Below the pieces are notes generated by a model. It worked only from the letters and a program-made list of their open reading frames with translations, did not search any database and was not told where the DNA came from. From contig CAMUYR010000009.1 of assembly GCA_947164965.1 (NCBI GenBank), positions 8,072-72,071 on the forward strand: a stretch of 64,000 nucleotides of DNA. The letters are read 5' to 3'. Shown here in pieces: positions 27,560 through 37,540 of this stretch. This DNA is from an uncultured Prevotella sp. GTDB taxonomy: Bacteria; Bacteroidota; Bacteroidia; Bacteroidales; Bacteroidaceae. The translations under genes were made by a program, and so were the position numbers. The first letter of the stretch is position 1; every line of letters begins with the position of its first letter.

Positions 27560-27586
27560 CAAAGTTAATCATTTTTTGTAACTTTG
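27560..27586. promoter_or_regulatory. Back-to-back TAACTTTG promoter boxes (cobU-T-S and cbiH operons)
   Basis: CAAAGTTA at 27560-27567 and TAACTTTG at 27579-27586. Confidence 0.7.
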
Positions 27587-27594
27587 CAGCAGTT

Positions 27595-28995
27595 ATGAAG
27601 AAAATAATTGTTGCAGGCATAGGTCCAGGTAGTCGTGAGGATATCACACCTGCGGTTTTGGAAGCAGTCAAAGAGGCTGATGTGGTAGTAGGTTACAAGT
27701 ATTATTTCCAGTTTGTGGATCAATACCTGAGACCTGGCTGTGAGTGTGTGGATACGGGTATGAAGAAAGAACGCGAACGTGCAGAGCAGGCTTTCCTCTT
27801 AGCAGAGCAAGACAAAACTGTCGTTGTGATTTCTTCTGGCGATGCAGGCATCTACGGCATGGCGCCACTCATCTACGAGATGAAGCAGACACACCAATCG
27901 GATGTAGAGATAGTCACCCTACCAGGTATCTCCGCTTTTCAGAAAGCTGCCTCACTATTAGGCGCGCCTATTGGCCATGACCTGTGCATTATTTCTTTAT
28001 CCGATTTGATGACACCTTGGGAGGTGATAGAAAAGAGGATCAAGGCTGCTGCCGTTGGCGACTTCGTGACAGCTATCTATAATCCCAAGTCGCATGGTCG
28101 CTATTGGCAGTTATATCGTACGCAGGAGCTGTTCCTGAAGTATCGTTCTGCAGAAACACCTGTAGGCTATGTGCGACAGGCTGGACGCGAAGAACAAACT
28201 ATCAACATCACCACGCTGGAAACTTTCGATTCTGAAGATGTTGATATGTTCACCGTCATCCTTATTGGTAATTCGCAATCATACATAGCTGATGACAAGA
28301 TGATTACCCCCAGAGGGTATTATCGTGAAGAGAACGAGGAGGCCGTCAAGCCTGGACAGCAGATTATGATGAATTCTTTCCGTACGATAGAAAGCGAGTT
28401 GCGTAATAAGGATATTCCGTTAGGACGCAAGTGGGCTCTGCTGCATGCCATCCATACAACTGCTGATTTTGATATGGAACGCATTCTCTATACGGACGAC
28501 AATGCTGTAGAAACGTTATATCAAAAGGTGTGCGATGGCAGCCTGAAGACTATTATCACTGATGTGACGATGGTAACCAGTGGTATTCGCAAGGGCGCAC
28601 TCCAACGTCTGGGCATAGAGGCAAAATGCTACTTGGGCGATGCTCGTGTGGCAGAATTTGCCTCCGCCAATAATATCACTCGTACACAGGCAGGCATCCG
28701 CTTGGCTGTCGAGGAACATCCTGATGCCCTCTTCGCCTTTGGCAATGCACCAACGGCACTGATGGAACTCTGCGATCTGATTCGTAAGGGGAAAGCTCAT
28801 CCTGCAGGTATCATAGCTGCTCCTGTAGGTTTTGTGCATGTTCGTGAATCGAAGCATATGGTGAAACCCTTCAGAGATATTCCAAAGATCATCATTGAGG
28901 GCCGTAAGGGAGGTAGCAATCTGGCTGCTACACTTTGTAATGCCATCATGACTTTCGATGATGCTGCTCAACTTAAACCTGGACGCGACCTTTAG
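27595..28995 (+). CDS. cbiH: CbiH (precorrin-3B C17-methyltransferase) fused to CbiC (precorrin-8X methylmutase)
   Basis: GIGPG, SSGDAGIYGM, YNPKS; then IHTTADFD, GNAPTAL, GRKGGSNLAA. Confidence 0.9.
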   Translation: MKKIIVAGIGPGSREDITPAVLEAVKEADVVVGYKYYFQFVDQYLRPGCECVDTGMKKERERAEQAFLLAEQDKTVVVISSGDAGIYGMAPLIYEMKQTHQSDVEIVTLPGISAFQKAASLLGAPIGHDLCIISLSDLMTPWEVIEKRIKAAAVGDFVTAIYNPKSHGRYWQLYRTQELFLKYRSAETPVGYVRQAGREEQTINITTLETFDSEDVDMFTVILIGNSQSYIADDKMITPRGYYREENEEAVKPGQQIMMNSFRTIESELRNKDIPLGRKWALLHAIHTTADFDMERILYTDDNAVETLYQKVCDGSLKTIITDVTMVTSGIRKGALQRLGIEAKCYLGDARVAEFASANNITRTQAGIRLAVEEHPDALFAFGNAPTALMELCDLIRKGKAHPAGIIAAPVGFVHVRESKHMVKPFRDIPKIIIEGRKGGSNLAATLCNAIMTFDDAAQLKPGRDL

Positions 28996-28996
28996 G

Positions 28997-29026
28997 TAAT
29001 TGATAATTGACAATTGAAAATTGATA
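28997..29026. repeat. Heptamer array (T/C/A)AATTGA x4 forming the whole intergenic spacer
   Basis: TAATTGA TAATTGA CAATTGA AAATTGA, then ATG at 29027. Confidence 0.85.
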
Positions 29027-30253
29027 ATGAGATTTATCGTAATAGGTATCACAGACCATCCACAACCTTGGTTCCCACCAGAAGTGATGGAAATCATCAG
29101 GCAGGGTAGAGTGTTCTCAGGAGGCAAGCGCCACCATGAGATTGTAGCATCCTTACTGCCAGAGAATGCAGAGTGGATAGATATCACTGTTCCACTTGAT
29201 GCTGTCTTTGAACAGTATCAGCTAATAGCCAACAGCCAACAGCCAAAAGCCTCACTCATCGTCTTCGCCTCTGGCGATCCGTTGTTCTTTGGCTTTGCCA
29301 ATACCATCAAGCGTAAGATGCCTGAGGCAGAAATCGTCGTCTATCCGACATTTAATTCTTTACAGATGCTGGCCCATCGGCTTGTGATGCCTTATCACGA
29401 TATGCGTATTGTATCGTTGACAGGACGCCCTTGGGCTGAGTTTGATAGATCCCTTATAGAGAGAGCAGAGAAGATAGGTGTTCTTACAGATAAGGAACAC
29501 ACGCCAGCTGCTATTGCCCAGCGAATGATAGACTTTGGTTATACCCATTATCAGATGTGCGTAGGCGAACATCTGGGTAATCCTTCTCACGAAAAAGTGA
29601 CGACGCTTACCCTCGACGAAGCAGCGCATCGAAATTTCTCAATGCCCAATTGCGTGATAGTAGAAGCCAATAGCCAACAGCCAATAGCCAACAGCCAATA
29701 CGGTATTCCTGACAGCGAGTTTACACTACTCGATGGTCGCGAGAAGATGATTACCAAGATGCCCATCCGATTGCTGGCGCTGCAAGCGCTTCATCTTCCT
29801 AAGAAAAAAGTGCTTTGGGATATCGGATTTTGTACAGGCAGCATCTCTATCGAGGCTCGTCTCCAGTTCCCTCATCTGCAGATTGAAGCCTTCGAGATTC
29901 GTCCTGAATGTGAAGCAATCATCCACGAGAATGCTCGCAAGTTTAGGGCTCCAGGCATCAACATCCACATGGGTGATTTTCTTTCAGTATGCTGCGATAC
30001 TATAGCTGCTCCTGATGCTGTATTCATAGGAGGGCATGGTGGTCACCTGAAGGAAATCATGGGAAAGGTATTACGATATCTTGCTCCTGATGGCTGTATC
30101 GTGATGAACAGCGTAAAGGCTCCCAAGGTGCTTACTGATAGCCATCAGCTATGGGATGAGGCCTGTTTGGAATTAAGCCTTCAGCAGGAGCCCTCTCTCA
30201 GAATCCAACTCAACGATTATCATCCAATAGAAATACTTAAAGCTTACAAATGA
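29027..30253 (+). CDS. cbiE: Bifunctional CbiE/CbiT precorrin-6Y methyltransferase/decarboxylase
   Basis: ASGDPLFFG, MITKMPIR, LWDIGFCTGSISIE, AVFIGG. Confidence 0.9.
   Translation: MRFIVIGITDHPQPWFPPEVMEIIRQGRVFSGGKRHHEIVASLLPENAEWIDITVPLDAVFEQYQLIANSQQPKASLIVFASGDPLFFGFANTIKRKMPEAEIVVYPTFNSLQMLAHRLVMPYHDMRIVSLTGRPWAEFDRSLIERAEKIGVLTDKEHTPAAIAQRMIDFGYTHYQMCVGEHLGNPSHEKVTTLTLDEAAHRNFSMPNCVIVEANSQQPIANSQYGIPDSEFTLLDGREKMITKMPIRLLALQALHLPKKKVLWDIGFCTGSISIEARLQFPHLQIEAFEIRPECEAIIHENARKFRAPGINIHMGDFLSVCCDTIAAPDAVFIGGHGGHLKEIMGKVLRYLAPDGCIVMNSVKAPKVLTDSHQLWDEACLELSLQQEPSLRIQLNDYHPIEILKAYK
29221..29250. repeat. Heptamer array GCYAANA x4, in frame in cbiET
   Basis: Encodes LIANSQQPKA. Confidence 0.85.
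29666..29700. repeat. Heptamer array GCCAA(T/C)A x5 (strictly alternating), in frame in cbiET
   Basis: Encodes ANSQQPIANSQY. Confidence 0.9.
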
Positions 30254-30254
30254 T

Positions 30255-30527
30255 ATGAAAACAAAACATGTACAGTATGAAACAAAGGGCACGTGCTCAA
30301 AACTGATTGACGTGACAGCTGATGAGAATAATGTTATTCAGCAGGTATTCTTCCTTGGTGGTTGCAATGGTAACCTTCAGGGTGTTAGTCAGTTAGTACG
30401 CGGACAACACATCGACGATGTCATCAAGCGTCTCGATGGTATTCGCTGTGGCACTAAAGTGACTTCGTGTCCAGACCAGTTGTGTAGGGCATTGGAACAG
30501 TTGAAACAGGCTCCGATTGACGATTAA
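30255..30527 (+). CDS. TIGR03905/TSCPD-domain protein
   Basis: KGTCSK, GGCNGNL, GIRCG.K.TSCPDQL. Confidence 0.8.
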   Translation: MKTKHVQYETKGTCSKLIDVTADENNVIQQVFFLGGCNGNLQGVSQLVRGQHIDDVIKRLDGIRCGTKVTSCPDQLCRALEQLKQAPIDD

Positions 30528-30542
30528 TAACGACAGAAGAAG

Positions 30543-32327
30543 ATGAATATTGCCATCATACAAATCAGTGAGACAGGTAAGGATATTGCCATTTTACTAC
30601 AGCAGGAACTCGGCGCTACTATCATTAAACGTAGCAATGTCGGGATACAATGGAAAAAATATGATGCCTTTGTGTTTATAGGTGCTATGGGCATCTGCGT
30701 GCGTACTATTGCTCCTTATGTGAATGACAAACACGAAGACCCTGCAGTGGTGTGTGTTGATAGTATGGGGCTGAATGCTATCTCTGTACTATCTGGACAT
30801 ATCGGAGGTGCGAACAATCTGGCTCACGAGGTAGCTGCTCTCATAGGGGCACGAGAGGTGATTACCACTCAAAGTGACAATGCAGGATTATGGGCACTCG
30901 ACACTTTTGCAGAGCGATTCCATTGGAATATCGCCAGCGATGACGATATGAACGAATGTATCTTTGCATTTGTCAGTTGCAAGCCGACAGCCCTGTTGAT
31001 GGATATCTGCGACGAGGGTACTGACTATCTGGAGAAGACATTGCCAGAACACGTGACAATCGTCAAGAGTCTTGAAGAGGTAGACCCTGAGAAATTCAGT
31101 CTGTTCATCATGGTGACGCCATACAATCTTTGTGCTCCCTATGGTGTGCTTGAGTTGCATTTCGTACCTATGATAGCCTCGTTAGGTTTTGGTTTAGCCC
31201 ATCATCCTGATGACTATGAGTACATCTACGATGAGATTGACGAGGCGATGAGTCAGATAGGTGTTTTGCCTTGCTACAAGCGCTATTGTACTATTGATGT
31301 GAAGCAAGACGAGGAGTTCTGTGAGATGCTCGTTGATGATTTAGGTGAAGAACTAGTATTCTACACAGCAGAGCAATTGGCTAAGGTTGAAGTGCCTAAT
31401 CCCAGTACGACAGTAGAGAAGCATGTTGGCACACCAAGCGTATGTGAGGCTGCAGCAATTCTGGGTTCCAATAATGGTAAATTGATTGTACCCAAGATGA
31501 AGGGGAAAAATTGGACTGCAGCTTTGGCCATTCCCTATGAGAACCTGAGGGAGAGAACTGGTCATATCGAGATTGTTGGTGCTGGTCCTGGAGACCCTGA
31601 TCTGGTTAGCGTGCGAGGTCGCAAGATGTTGGAACGTGCAGACCTGATTCTTTATGCAGGTTCTTTGGTTCCTAAGACGCTCACAGAGTGTCATAAGCCA
31701 GGAGCCGTCGTGCGTTCTTCTGCTGATATGAATCTTGAGGAACAGTGTGCGCTGATGAAGCAGTTCTACGACCAGGGAAAGTATATCGTCCGTCTGCATA
31801 CAGGCGACCCTTGTATCTTTGGTGCCATACAGGAGCAGATGGCATTTTTCGATCAGAACGGCATGCACTATCACATTACGCCAGGCATCTCGTCGTTTCT
31901 CGCTGCAGCCGCTGAATTGCAGAGTCAGTTTACGATTCCAGAGCGTTGTCAGACTATTATCCTGACACGAGGTGAAGGTCGTACGCCGATGCCTGAGAAA
32001 GAACAGTTGCATCTGTTGGCTAAGAGCCAGAGTACGATGTGTATCTTCCTCTCAGCCTCCATTGTCGATGACGTTCAAAAAGAATTGTTGATGGAATATC
32101 CAGAGGATACTCCCGTAGCTGCCTGTTACCATTTGACGTGGCCTGATCAGAAGATCTATCGCGGAAAGCTTAAAGACCTCGCCAAGATAGTTCACGACAA
32201 TCATCTCACCCTTACCACAATGCTGGTGGTGGGCGAAGCTATTGACAACCGCCAAGGCTTGAGCGAACTCTATTCGAAGCATTTCACTCATCTCTTCCGT
32301 CAAGGTGACGATGAGCAGGCTTCTTAA
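30543..32327 (+). CDS. cbiF: CbiG fused to CbiF (precorrin-4 C11-methyltransferase)
   Basis: DPAVV..D, LSGHIGGAN, SVCEAAA; then VGAGPGDPDL, RLHTGDP. Confidence 0.9.
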   Translation: MNIAIIQISETGKDIAILLQQELGATIIKRSNVGIQWKKYDAFVFIGAMGICVRTIAPYVNDKHEDPAVVCVDSMGLNAISVLSGHIGGANNLAHEVAALIGAREVITTQSDNAGLWALDTFAERFHWNIASDDDMNECIFAFVSCKPTALLMDICDEGTDYLEKTLPEHVTIVKSLEEVDPEKFSLFIMVTPYNLCAPYGVLELHFVPMIASLGFGLAHHPDDYEYIYDEIDEAMSQIGVLPCYKRYCTIDVKQDEEFCEMLVDDLGEELVFYTAEQLAKVEVPNPSTTVEKHVGTPSVCEAAAILGSNNGKLIVPKMKGKNWTAALAIPYENLRERTGHIEIVGAGPGDPDLVSVRGRKMLERADLILYAGSLVPKTLTECHKPGAVVRSSADMNLEEQCALMKQFYDQGKYIVRLHTGDPCIFGAIQEQMAFFDQNGMHYHITPGISSFLAAAAELQSQFTIPERCQTIILTRGEGRTPMPEKEQLHLLAKSQSTMCIFLSASIVDDVQKELLMEYPEDTPVAACYHLTWPDQKIYRGKLKDLAKIVHDNHLTLTTMLVVGEAIDNRQGLSELYSKHFTHLFRQGDDEQAS

Positions 32328-32352
32328 TCATATGATATTTGTATAGAACGAT

Positions 32353-34062
32353 ATGATGCTGATGAAAACGAAATTAATACTGGCTATTTGTCTGCTGATG
32401 ACAATAGGAGGATATGCGGAGAATATAGATTCTACGCAGTGGAGGATTGACTCGTTGGAACGTGAGTTACGTGACATGCAAGCCAAGGAACTCGTGCTGA
32501 GAACAAAACTGGAGGAGTCAGGGCGTAGTTTGCTGGAGGATTCCATCGAGGCTGCCAATCAGAAGCAGCGTATCGATTCGTTGCGACGTATCGTTCCAGG
32601 AGTACCTGTGGTGGTCGAGGAGGATACCTTGTTTAATATCTATGCCAGCATAGGTGGCGAGGATGCTACTCACAGAGCAGCAGAACTGCAGCGACGCATC
32701 ACGCAGATTGGTAAGAGCCTGAAGCTGACGACAGACACGATGCATATCTTCGAGAGTGACTTTACAGCGGATATCATGTGTGGCGAACTGGTCATTATGC
32801 GAGTGAGCGATTTGGATGGCCTATGGAATGGTATGACGAGAGACGAGTTAGCTAAGAGTCATTTGAAGGTGATATCCGCAGAGATAGAGAAGCTGCACAA
32901 CGAATACGGCCTCACAGCGAAACTTCAAGGCTTTGGTTGGGCAGTATTCCTGATCGTCGTGCAGATTGTGTTCTTTGTGTTGACGGTTCGTTTCATCCGC
33001 CATCTGCGCAGAAAGGTGATTGACGGATTCAGTGGCAAGCTGCATCCCTTGGTCATCAAAGGCTACGAGATATTAAATCTGCATCAGCTGAAGCGTATCT
33101 TCCTGTTTCTCACTCGTGTGCTGCAAGTGTTGTTGGTCATTGCCCAGCTCCTCGTCTCGTTGCCCCTTCTCTTCTCCATCTTCCCTGAGACTGAGAAGTT
33201 TACCTGGAACATGATTAACTTTGTGTGGGAACCCTTGCGCGACATTATGGTGTCGTTTGTCAAATTCTTCCCCAATCTGGTTAAGATTATTGTGATACTC
33301 ATAGTAGTACGCTGGTTGCTACGAGGCATCCGTCATGTGACAGACGAGATAGGGGCTGGAAGACTGAAGATAGAGAAATTCTATCAGGACTGGGCTCAGC
33401 CTACCTATCACATTATCCGTATCTTCGTCATAGCCTTTACGTTGATTGTGATATGGCCCTTGTTGCCAGGCAGTGAGTCAGGTGTCTTCAAGGGTGTCAG
33501 TATCTTCGTTGCAGCTATCTTCTCGTTGGGTTCTACCACCACTATCGGCAACTTGATATCAGGTATCATCATCACCTATATGCGCCCATTCCTGGTAGGC
33601 GACTTTGTACGCATTGGCGATAGCGAGGGAACGGTGGTAGAGAAGAATGCATTTGTGACGCGTCTGCGTGACATCAAGGACAATCTGGTGACGGTACCCA
33701 ATAATTCGATACTCTCCATGCAGACTGTCAACTACACCTCGGCAGCAAGAGACTACGGCGGAAGTATCGTACATAGCGACTTTACGTTTACCTATAAGGT
33801 ACCTCGCAGCACCATCGAGTCTTATCTTTTAGAGGCTGCGGCTCGTTCGACGCTGTTGTTGAAAGAGCCAGCTCCCTTTGTGCTGGTTACGCAGCTGGAG
33901 GATTTTTATACGCGCTATCAGATTAATGCCTATACGTTAGAGACCAATCGCCTGTTCGATGTGTATAGCGAGATGCATAAGAATATTCTCGACGTATTCC
34001 GTGAACATGACCTTGATCCTACCTCGTCGCACTTTGTGGCTGTTAAGGAAAATAAATCATGA
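32353..34062 (+). CDS. MscS-family mechanosensitive channel with a large N-terminal extension
   Basis: NLISGIIITYMRPFLVGDFVRIG, VTVPNNSI; several TMs. Confidence 0.85.
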   Translation: MMLMKTKLILAICLLMTIGGYAENIDSTQWRIDSLERELRDMQAKELVLRTKLEESGRSLLEDSIEAANQKQRIDSLRRIVPGVPVVVEEDTLFNIYASIGGEDATHRAAELQRRITQIGKSLKLTTDTMHIFESDFTADIMCGELVIMRVSDLDGLWNGMTRDELAKSHLKVISAEIEKLHNEYGLTAKLQGFGWAVFLIVVQIVFFVLTVRFIRHLRRKVIDGFSGKLHPLVIKGYEILNLHQLKRIFLFLTRVLQVLLVIAQLLVSLPLLFSIFPETEKFTWNMINFVWEPLRDIMVSFVKFFPNLVKIIVILIVVRWLLRGIRHVTDEIGAGRLKIEKFYQDWAQPTYHIIRIFVIAFTLIVIWPLLPGSESGVFKGVSIFVAAIFSLGSTTTIGNLISGIIITYMRPFLVGDFVRIGDSEGTVVEKNAFVTRLRDIKDNLVTVPNNSILSMQTVNYTSAARDYGGSIVHSDFTFTYKVPRSTIESYLLEAAARSTLLLKEPAPFVLVTQLEDFYTRYQINAYTLETNRLFDVYSEMHKNILDVFREHDLDPTSSHFVAVKENKS

Positions 34063-35786
34063 TACTGGTATTCGGAGGAACGACGGAAGGTCGCCAAGCA
34101 GCAGAGGTGTTGGAGGAGGCGGGTAGTGCCTATTACTACAGCACCAAGACGGGTGAGCAGGACATCACGCTGCATCACGGACAACGCATTGATGGTGCAC
34201 TCGATGCTGGGGCGATGCTAGCTTTTTGTAAAGCGCATAGCATCCGTCTGATTGTTGATGCCGCTCATCCCTTCGCTTCGCAACTCCACCAGGCCATTGC
34301 CCACGTGTCGGAGGCGCTAGGTATCCCTGCTGTTCGTTATGAACGCATTTTTCCGCCTCGCGATAAAGAGATTACGTGGATAGACGATTACAGCCAGATA
34401 CCTCGTGACATCCACAGCTTGTTGGCTACCACAGGTGTTCAAAGTATTGCCAAACTGAAACCCTTAGAGTCAGAAGGCATCAGTATCTATTATCGCATAC
34501 TCAATAGGGAGTCGTCGATAGCCCTTGCCCAAAAGCAAGGGGCTGCTCTTGAACAACTATGCTATTATAATGATCCAAAAGATATTCCCATCAAGACAGA
34601 TGCCATCCTGTTGAAGGAGAGTGGCATTTCTGGTGGTTTCCTGGAGAAAGTAGAGGCTGCCAAAGCACACGGTATGAGAATCATAGCCCTGAAGCGCCCC
34701 CAATTATCAATTATCCATTGTCAATTATTCATTGTCAACGGTCCTTACGGCTTGCGTCGTGCCATTGAAAAGCTGTTGACTGAATTCTACCCCTTGCATA
34801 GCGGACTAACCACTGGCACTTGTGCTACGGCAGCGGCTGTGGCTGAAACACTAAGAATGACGAAAGGTGAGATGCCTCACGAAGTGCCTGTCGTCCTACC
34901 CAATGGCGAAACAATCAGCGTGTCTGTGACTTATGGCAAAGGCTATGCTTCTGTGTTTAAGGAAGCTGGTGACGACCCCGATGTGACCAATGGACTGGAG
35001 ATTCGTGCTACAGTAGAACCTGCAGCGACCTTCGAGATACTTGGTGGCGAGGGTGTGGGTACTTTCACCCTTCCTGGTTTCGACTATCCCCCTGGCTCTC
35101 CCGCTATCAACAAGGCACCACGTGAGATGCTTCGCAATAATATCAAGGAGAACGTAAGAATTACCATTTCTGTGCCTCAGGGTGCAGAGATAGCCCGTCG
35201 CACCTTCAATCCTCGCTTGGGTATCGAGGGCGGCATCTCGATTATTGGTGTCTCAGGCATTGTCAAGCCCTTCTCTGAGGAAGCCTTTATTAAGAGCATC
35301 CGCAAGTGTATGACGGTGGCAAAGGCCAGTGGCAGCAAGCGGGTGGTGATTAACAGCGGAGGCAAGAGTGAGCGTTTCGTCAAGGCACTCTATCCAGACC
35401 TGCCCCAACAGGCGTTTGTGGAGTATGGCAACTATATTGGTGAGACATTGAAGATAGCCAATGAATTGGAAATTGAACATGTTACGCTGGGTGTGATGCT
35501 AGGCAAGGCGGTTAAGTTAGCTGCAGGCCATCTCGACACCCATAGCCGTAAGGCGGTGATGGACAAGACTTTCATCGAACAGCTGTTACACGAGTCAGGC
35601 ATCTCGATAGACATCAGCGATATGACACTGGCCAGAGAGCTTTTGGAGCGAATTCCTGAAAACCAACTCGCGGCTTTTGCCCATACCGTCATCCGTCATT
35701 GTGCGGCATACTGCAATCCTGTTCTCCCCAATGGAAATCTGACGATATTACTGATTGATGATAATGGCAAAATATATGAAGTATAA
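34059..35786 (+). CDS. cbiD: CbiJ (precorrin-6x reductase) fused to CbiD
   Basis: VFGGTTEG, VDAAHPFA, LKESG; then SGLTTGTCATAAA, AGDDPDVT, GGISIIG, GKAVKLAAG. Confidence 0.9.
   Translation: MILVFGGTTEGRQAAEVLEEAGSAYYYSTKTGEQDITLHHGQRIDGALDAGAMLAFCKAHSIRLIVDAAHPFASQLHQAIAHVSEALGIPAVRYERIFPPRDKEITWIDDYSQIPRDIHSLLATTGVQSIAKLKPLESEGISIYYRILNRESSIALAQKQGAALEQLCYYNDPKDIPIKTDAILLKESGISGGFLEKVEAAKAHGMRIIALKRPQLSIIHCQLFIVNGPYGLRRAIEKLLTEFYPLHSGLTTGTCATAAAVAETLRMTKGEMPHEVPVVLPNGETISVSVTYGKGYASVFKEAGDDPDVTNGLEIRATVEPAATFEILGGEGVGTFTLPGFDYPPGSPAINKAPREMLRNNIKENVRITISVPQGAEIARRTFNPRLGIEGGISIIGVSGIVKPFSEEAFIKSIRKCMTVAKASGSKRVVINSGGKSERFVKALYPDLPQQAFVEYGNYIGETLKIANELEIEHVTLGVMLGKAVKLAAGHLDTHSRKAVMDKTFIEQLLHESGISIDISDMTLARELLERIPENQLAAFAHTVIRHCAAYCNPVLPNGNLTILLIDDNGKIYEV
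34701..34738. repeat. Heptamer array CAATTAT/CCATTGT x5, in frame near the CbiJ-CbiD junction
   Basis: Encodes QLSIIHCQLFIVN. Confidence 0.85.
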
Positions 35787-36504
35787 AGACCTGTTTCTCG
35801 ATTTCGACGACACGTTGTACGACACCCACGGCAATGCCGTGATAGCACTGAAGGAAACGTTTGATGCATTTCACCTAGAGCGTTATTTCTCTGACCCACA
35901 GGTATTCTACGATGCCTATTGGTGGACTAATATCGACCTTTGGACTCGCTATTCGAAAGGTGAGATAACGCGCGACTATCTTATTGTTGAACGCTTCCGT
36001 CGTCCCCTTATGGTCAGCGAAAAGTTCAAAGCGGAAGCCTCTCATCTCTCACCTCTTACCTCTTACATCTTAAACATGAGCGACCGCTTTCTCGACTTCT
36101 GCTCTTCGAAGCCTGGCGTGATAGAAGGGGCGCACGAACTCATGGACTATCTCAAGGGCAAGGGCTATCGTATGCACATGACGAGTAATGGGTTCCACGA
36201 GGTGCAGTATAAGAAGTTGGCAGCCTGTGGCTTGCACGACTATTTCGATACCATCATTCTCAGCGAAGATGCAGGTGTCAACAAGCCGTCGTCCCTTTAT
36301 TTCGATTATGCGCTTAAGACGTCTGGTGCCCATCGCGACAGTACCCTGATGATTGGCGATAATCTGCAGACTGACATCATGGGAGCTCTCTCGTCAGGTA
36401 TCGACGCAATGCTCTTCAACCGTTGGGATGTAAAGACCGACGATTGCCCACAGCAGCCCACATTCATTGTGAACAGCCTGAAGGATATTATCAGTATTCT
36501 GTGA
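35776..36504 (+). CDS. YjjG-like HAD pyrimidine nucleotidase
   Basis: FLDFDDTLYD, TSNG, GVNKP, MIGDNLQTDI. Confidence 0.85.
   Translation: MKYKDLFLDFDDTLYDTHGNAVIALKETFDAFHLERYFSDPQVFYDAYWWTNIDLWTRYSKGEITRDYLIVERFRRPLMVSEKFKAEASHLSPLTSYILNMSDRFLDFCSSKPGVIEGAHELMDYLKGKGYRMHMTSNGFHEVQYKKLAACGLHDYFDTIILSEDAGVNKPSSLYFDYALKTSGAHRDSTLMIGDNLQTDIMGALSSGIDAMLFNRWDVKTDDCPQQPTFIVNSLKDIISIL
36039..36070. repeat. Heptamer array CTCT(C/T)A(C/T) x4, in frame in the HAD gene
   Basis: Encodes SHLSPLTSYI. Confidence 0.85.
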
Positions 36505-37539
36505 TTACTCACCCACTTCGTTCTTCCTGCGTCCGAAGATAACGGCAGCAATAACAGGCGCACCAACAAGTGCTGTGACACTATTAACGGGTAGTGCGCC
36601 CTCGAAGCCAGGCATACGGGCTATCAGGTTGCAAACCAGTGCCAATGCAGCACCACATAATGCTGTTGCAGGCATGAGCACGCGGTGGTCGCTGGTACGG
36701 AAAATAGCTCGTGCCAGATGGGGAACGGCCAGACCTATAAACATGATAGGACCACAGTAGGCTGTGACGATAGCCACCAGCACACCAGAACTGATGATGA
36801 CTAGCATACGGGCCTGCTTGACGTTCAGTCCCAGGTTCGATGCATAACGGTCGCCCAACAGCAGGATGTTCATAGGTTTCACCAACAGACAGGCCAGCGG
36901 CAACAGGATGCACATCAGCACCACGAAGAGTATCATCTCGTCGCCCGATACCCTTGAGAACGAGCCCAATCCCCACACCACGAAGGCCTTTACGTCCTCC
37001 TCTGGCGACAGGAATTTCAGCACGCCGATAATGGCATTGGCCAGATAGCCTATCATCACACCAATAATCAGCAGGGTGACATTACCCTTCACCTTCTGTG
37101 CTATCCATACGATCAGCATCATCACTGCCAATGCGCCGATGATGGCTGCTACACTCATGGCAGCATCGCCCAGATAGCCTAGTCGGCTCAGAGCCACACC
37201 GCCTATTTTGCCTGACAGCAACACCACGAAAGCCACGCCCAGTGCCGAACCGTTAGAGATACCCAGCACAGAGGGACCTGCCAACGGATTGCGGAATACC
37301 GTCTGCATCTGCAGTCCGCTTACTGCCAGACCAGCGCCTGCTACGATAGCCGTCAGTGCCTGAGGCAGTCGTGACTTCCAGATAATGTTCTGCCATATTT
37401 CTGATTCTGACTCGTCACCCGTAAGGATGCGGCAGACATCCTTCAGAGGAATACCGACAGAGCCCAGCAGCAGGTTGACAACCGCCAGCACGACGATTGC
37501 CACTATCAGGATGATGATGATCGGGAGCGTCCGTCTCAT
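36505..37539 (-). CDS. btuC: BtuC/FecCD-family ABC permease
   Basis: SRLPQALTA, QTVFRNPLAGPSVLG, CGPIMFIGLAVPH. Confidence 0.85.
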   Translation of the reverse strand: MRRTLPIIIILIVAIVVLAVVNLLLGSVGIPLKDVCRILTGDESESEIWQNIIWKSRLPQALTAIVAGAGLAVSGLQMQTVFRNPLAGPSVLGISNGSALGVAFVVLLSGKIGGVALSRLGYLGDAAMSVAAIIGALAVMMLIVWIAQKVKGNVTLLIIGVMIGYLANAIIGVLKFLSPEEDVKAFVVWGLGSFSRVSGDEMILFVVLMCILLPLACLLVKPMNILLLGDRYASNLGLNVKQARMLVIISSGVLVAIVTAYCGPIMFIGLAVPHLARAIFRTSDHRVLMPATALCGAALALVCNLIARMPGFEGALPVNSVTALVGAPVIAAVIFGRRKNEVGE

Positions 37540-37540
37540 G

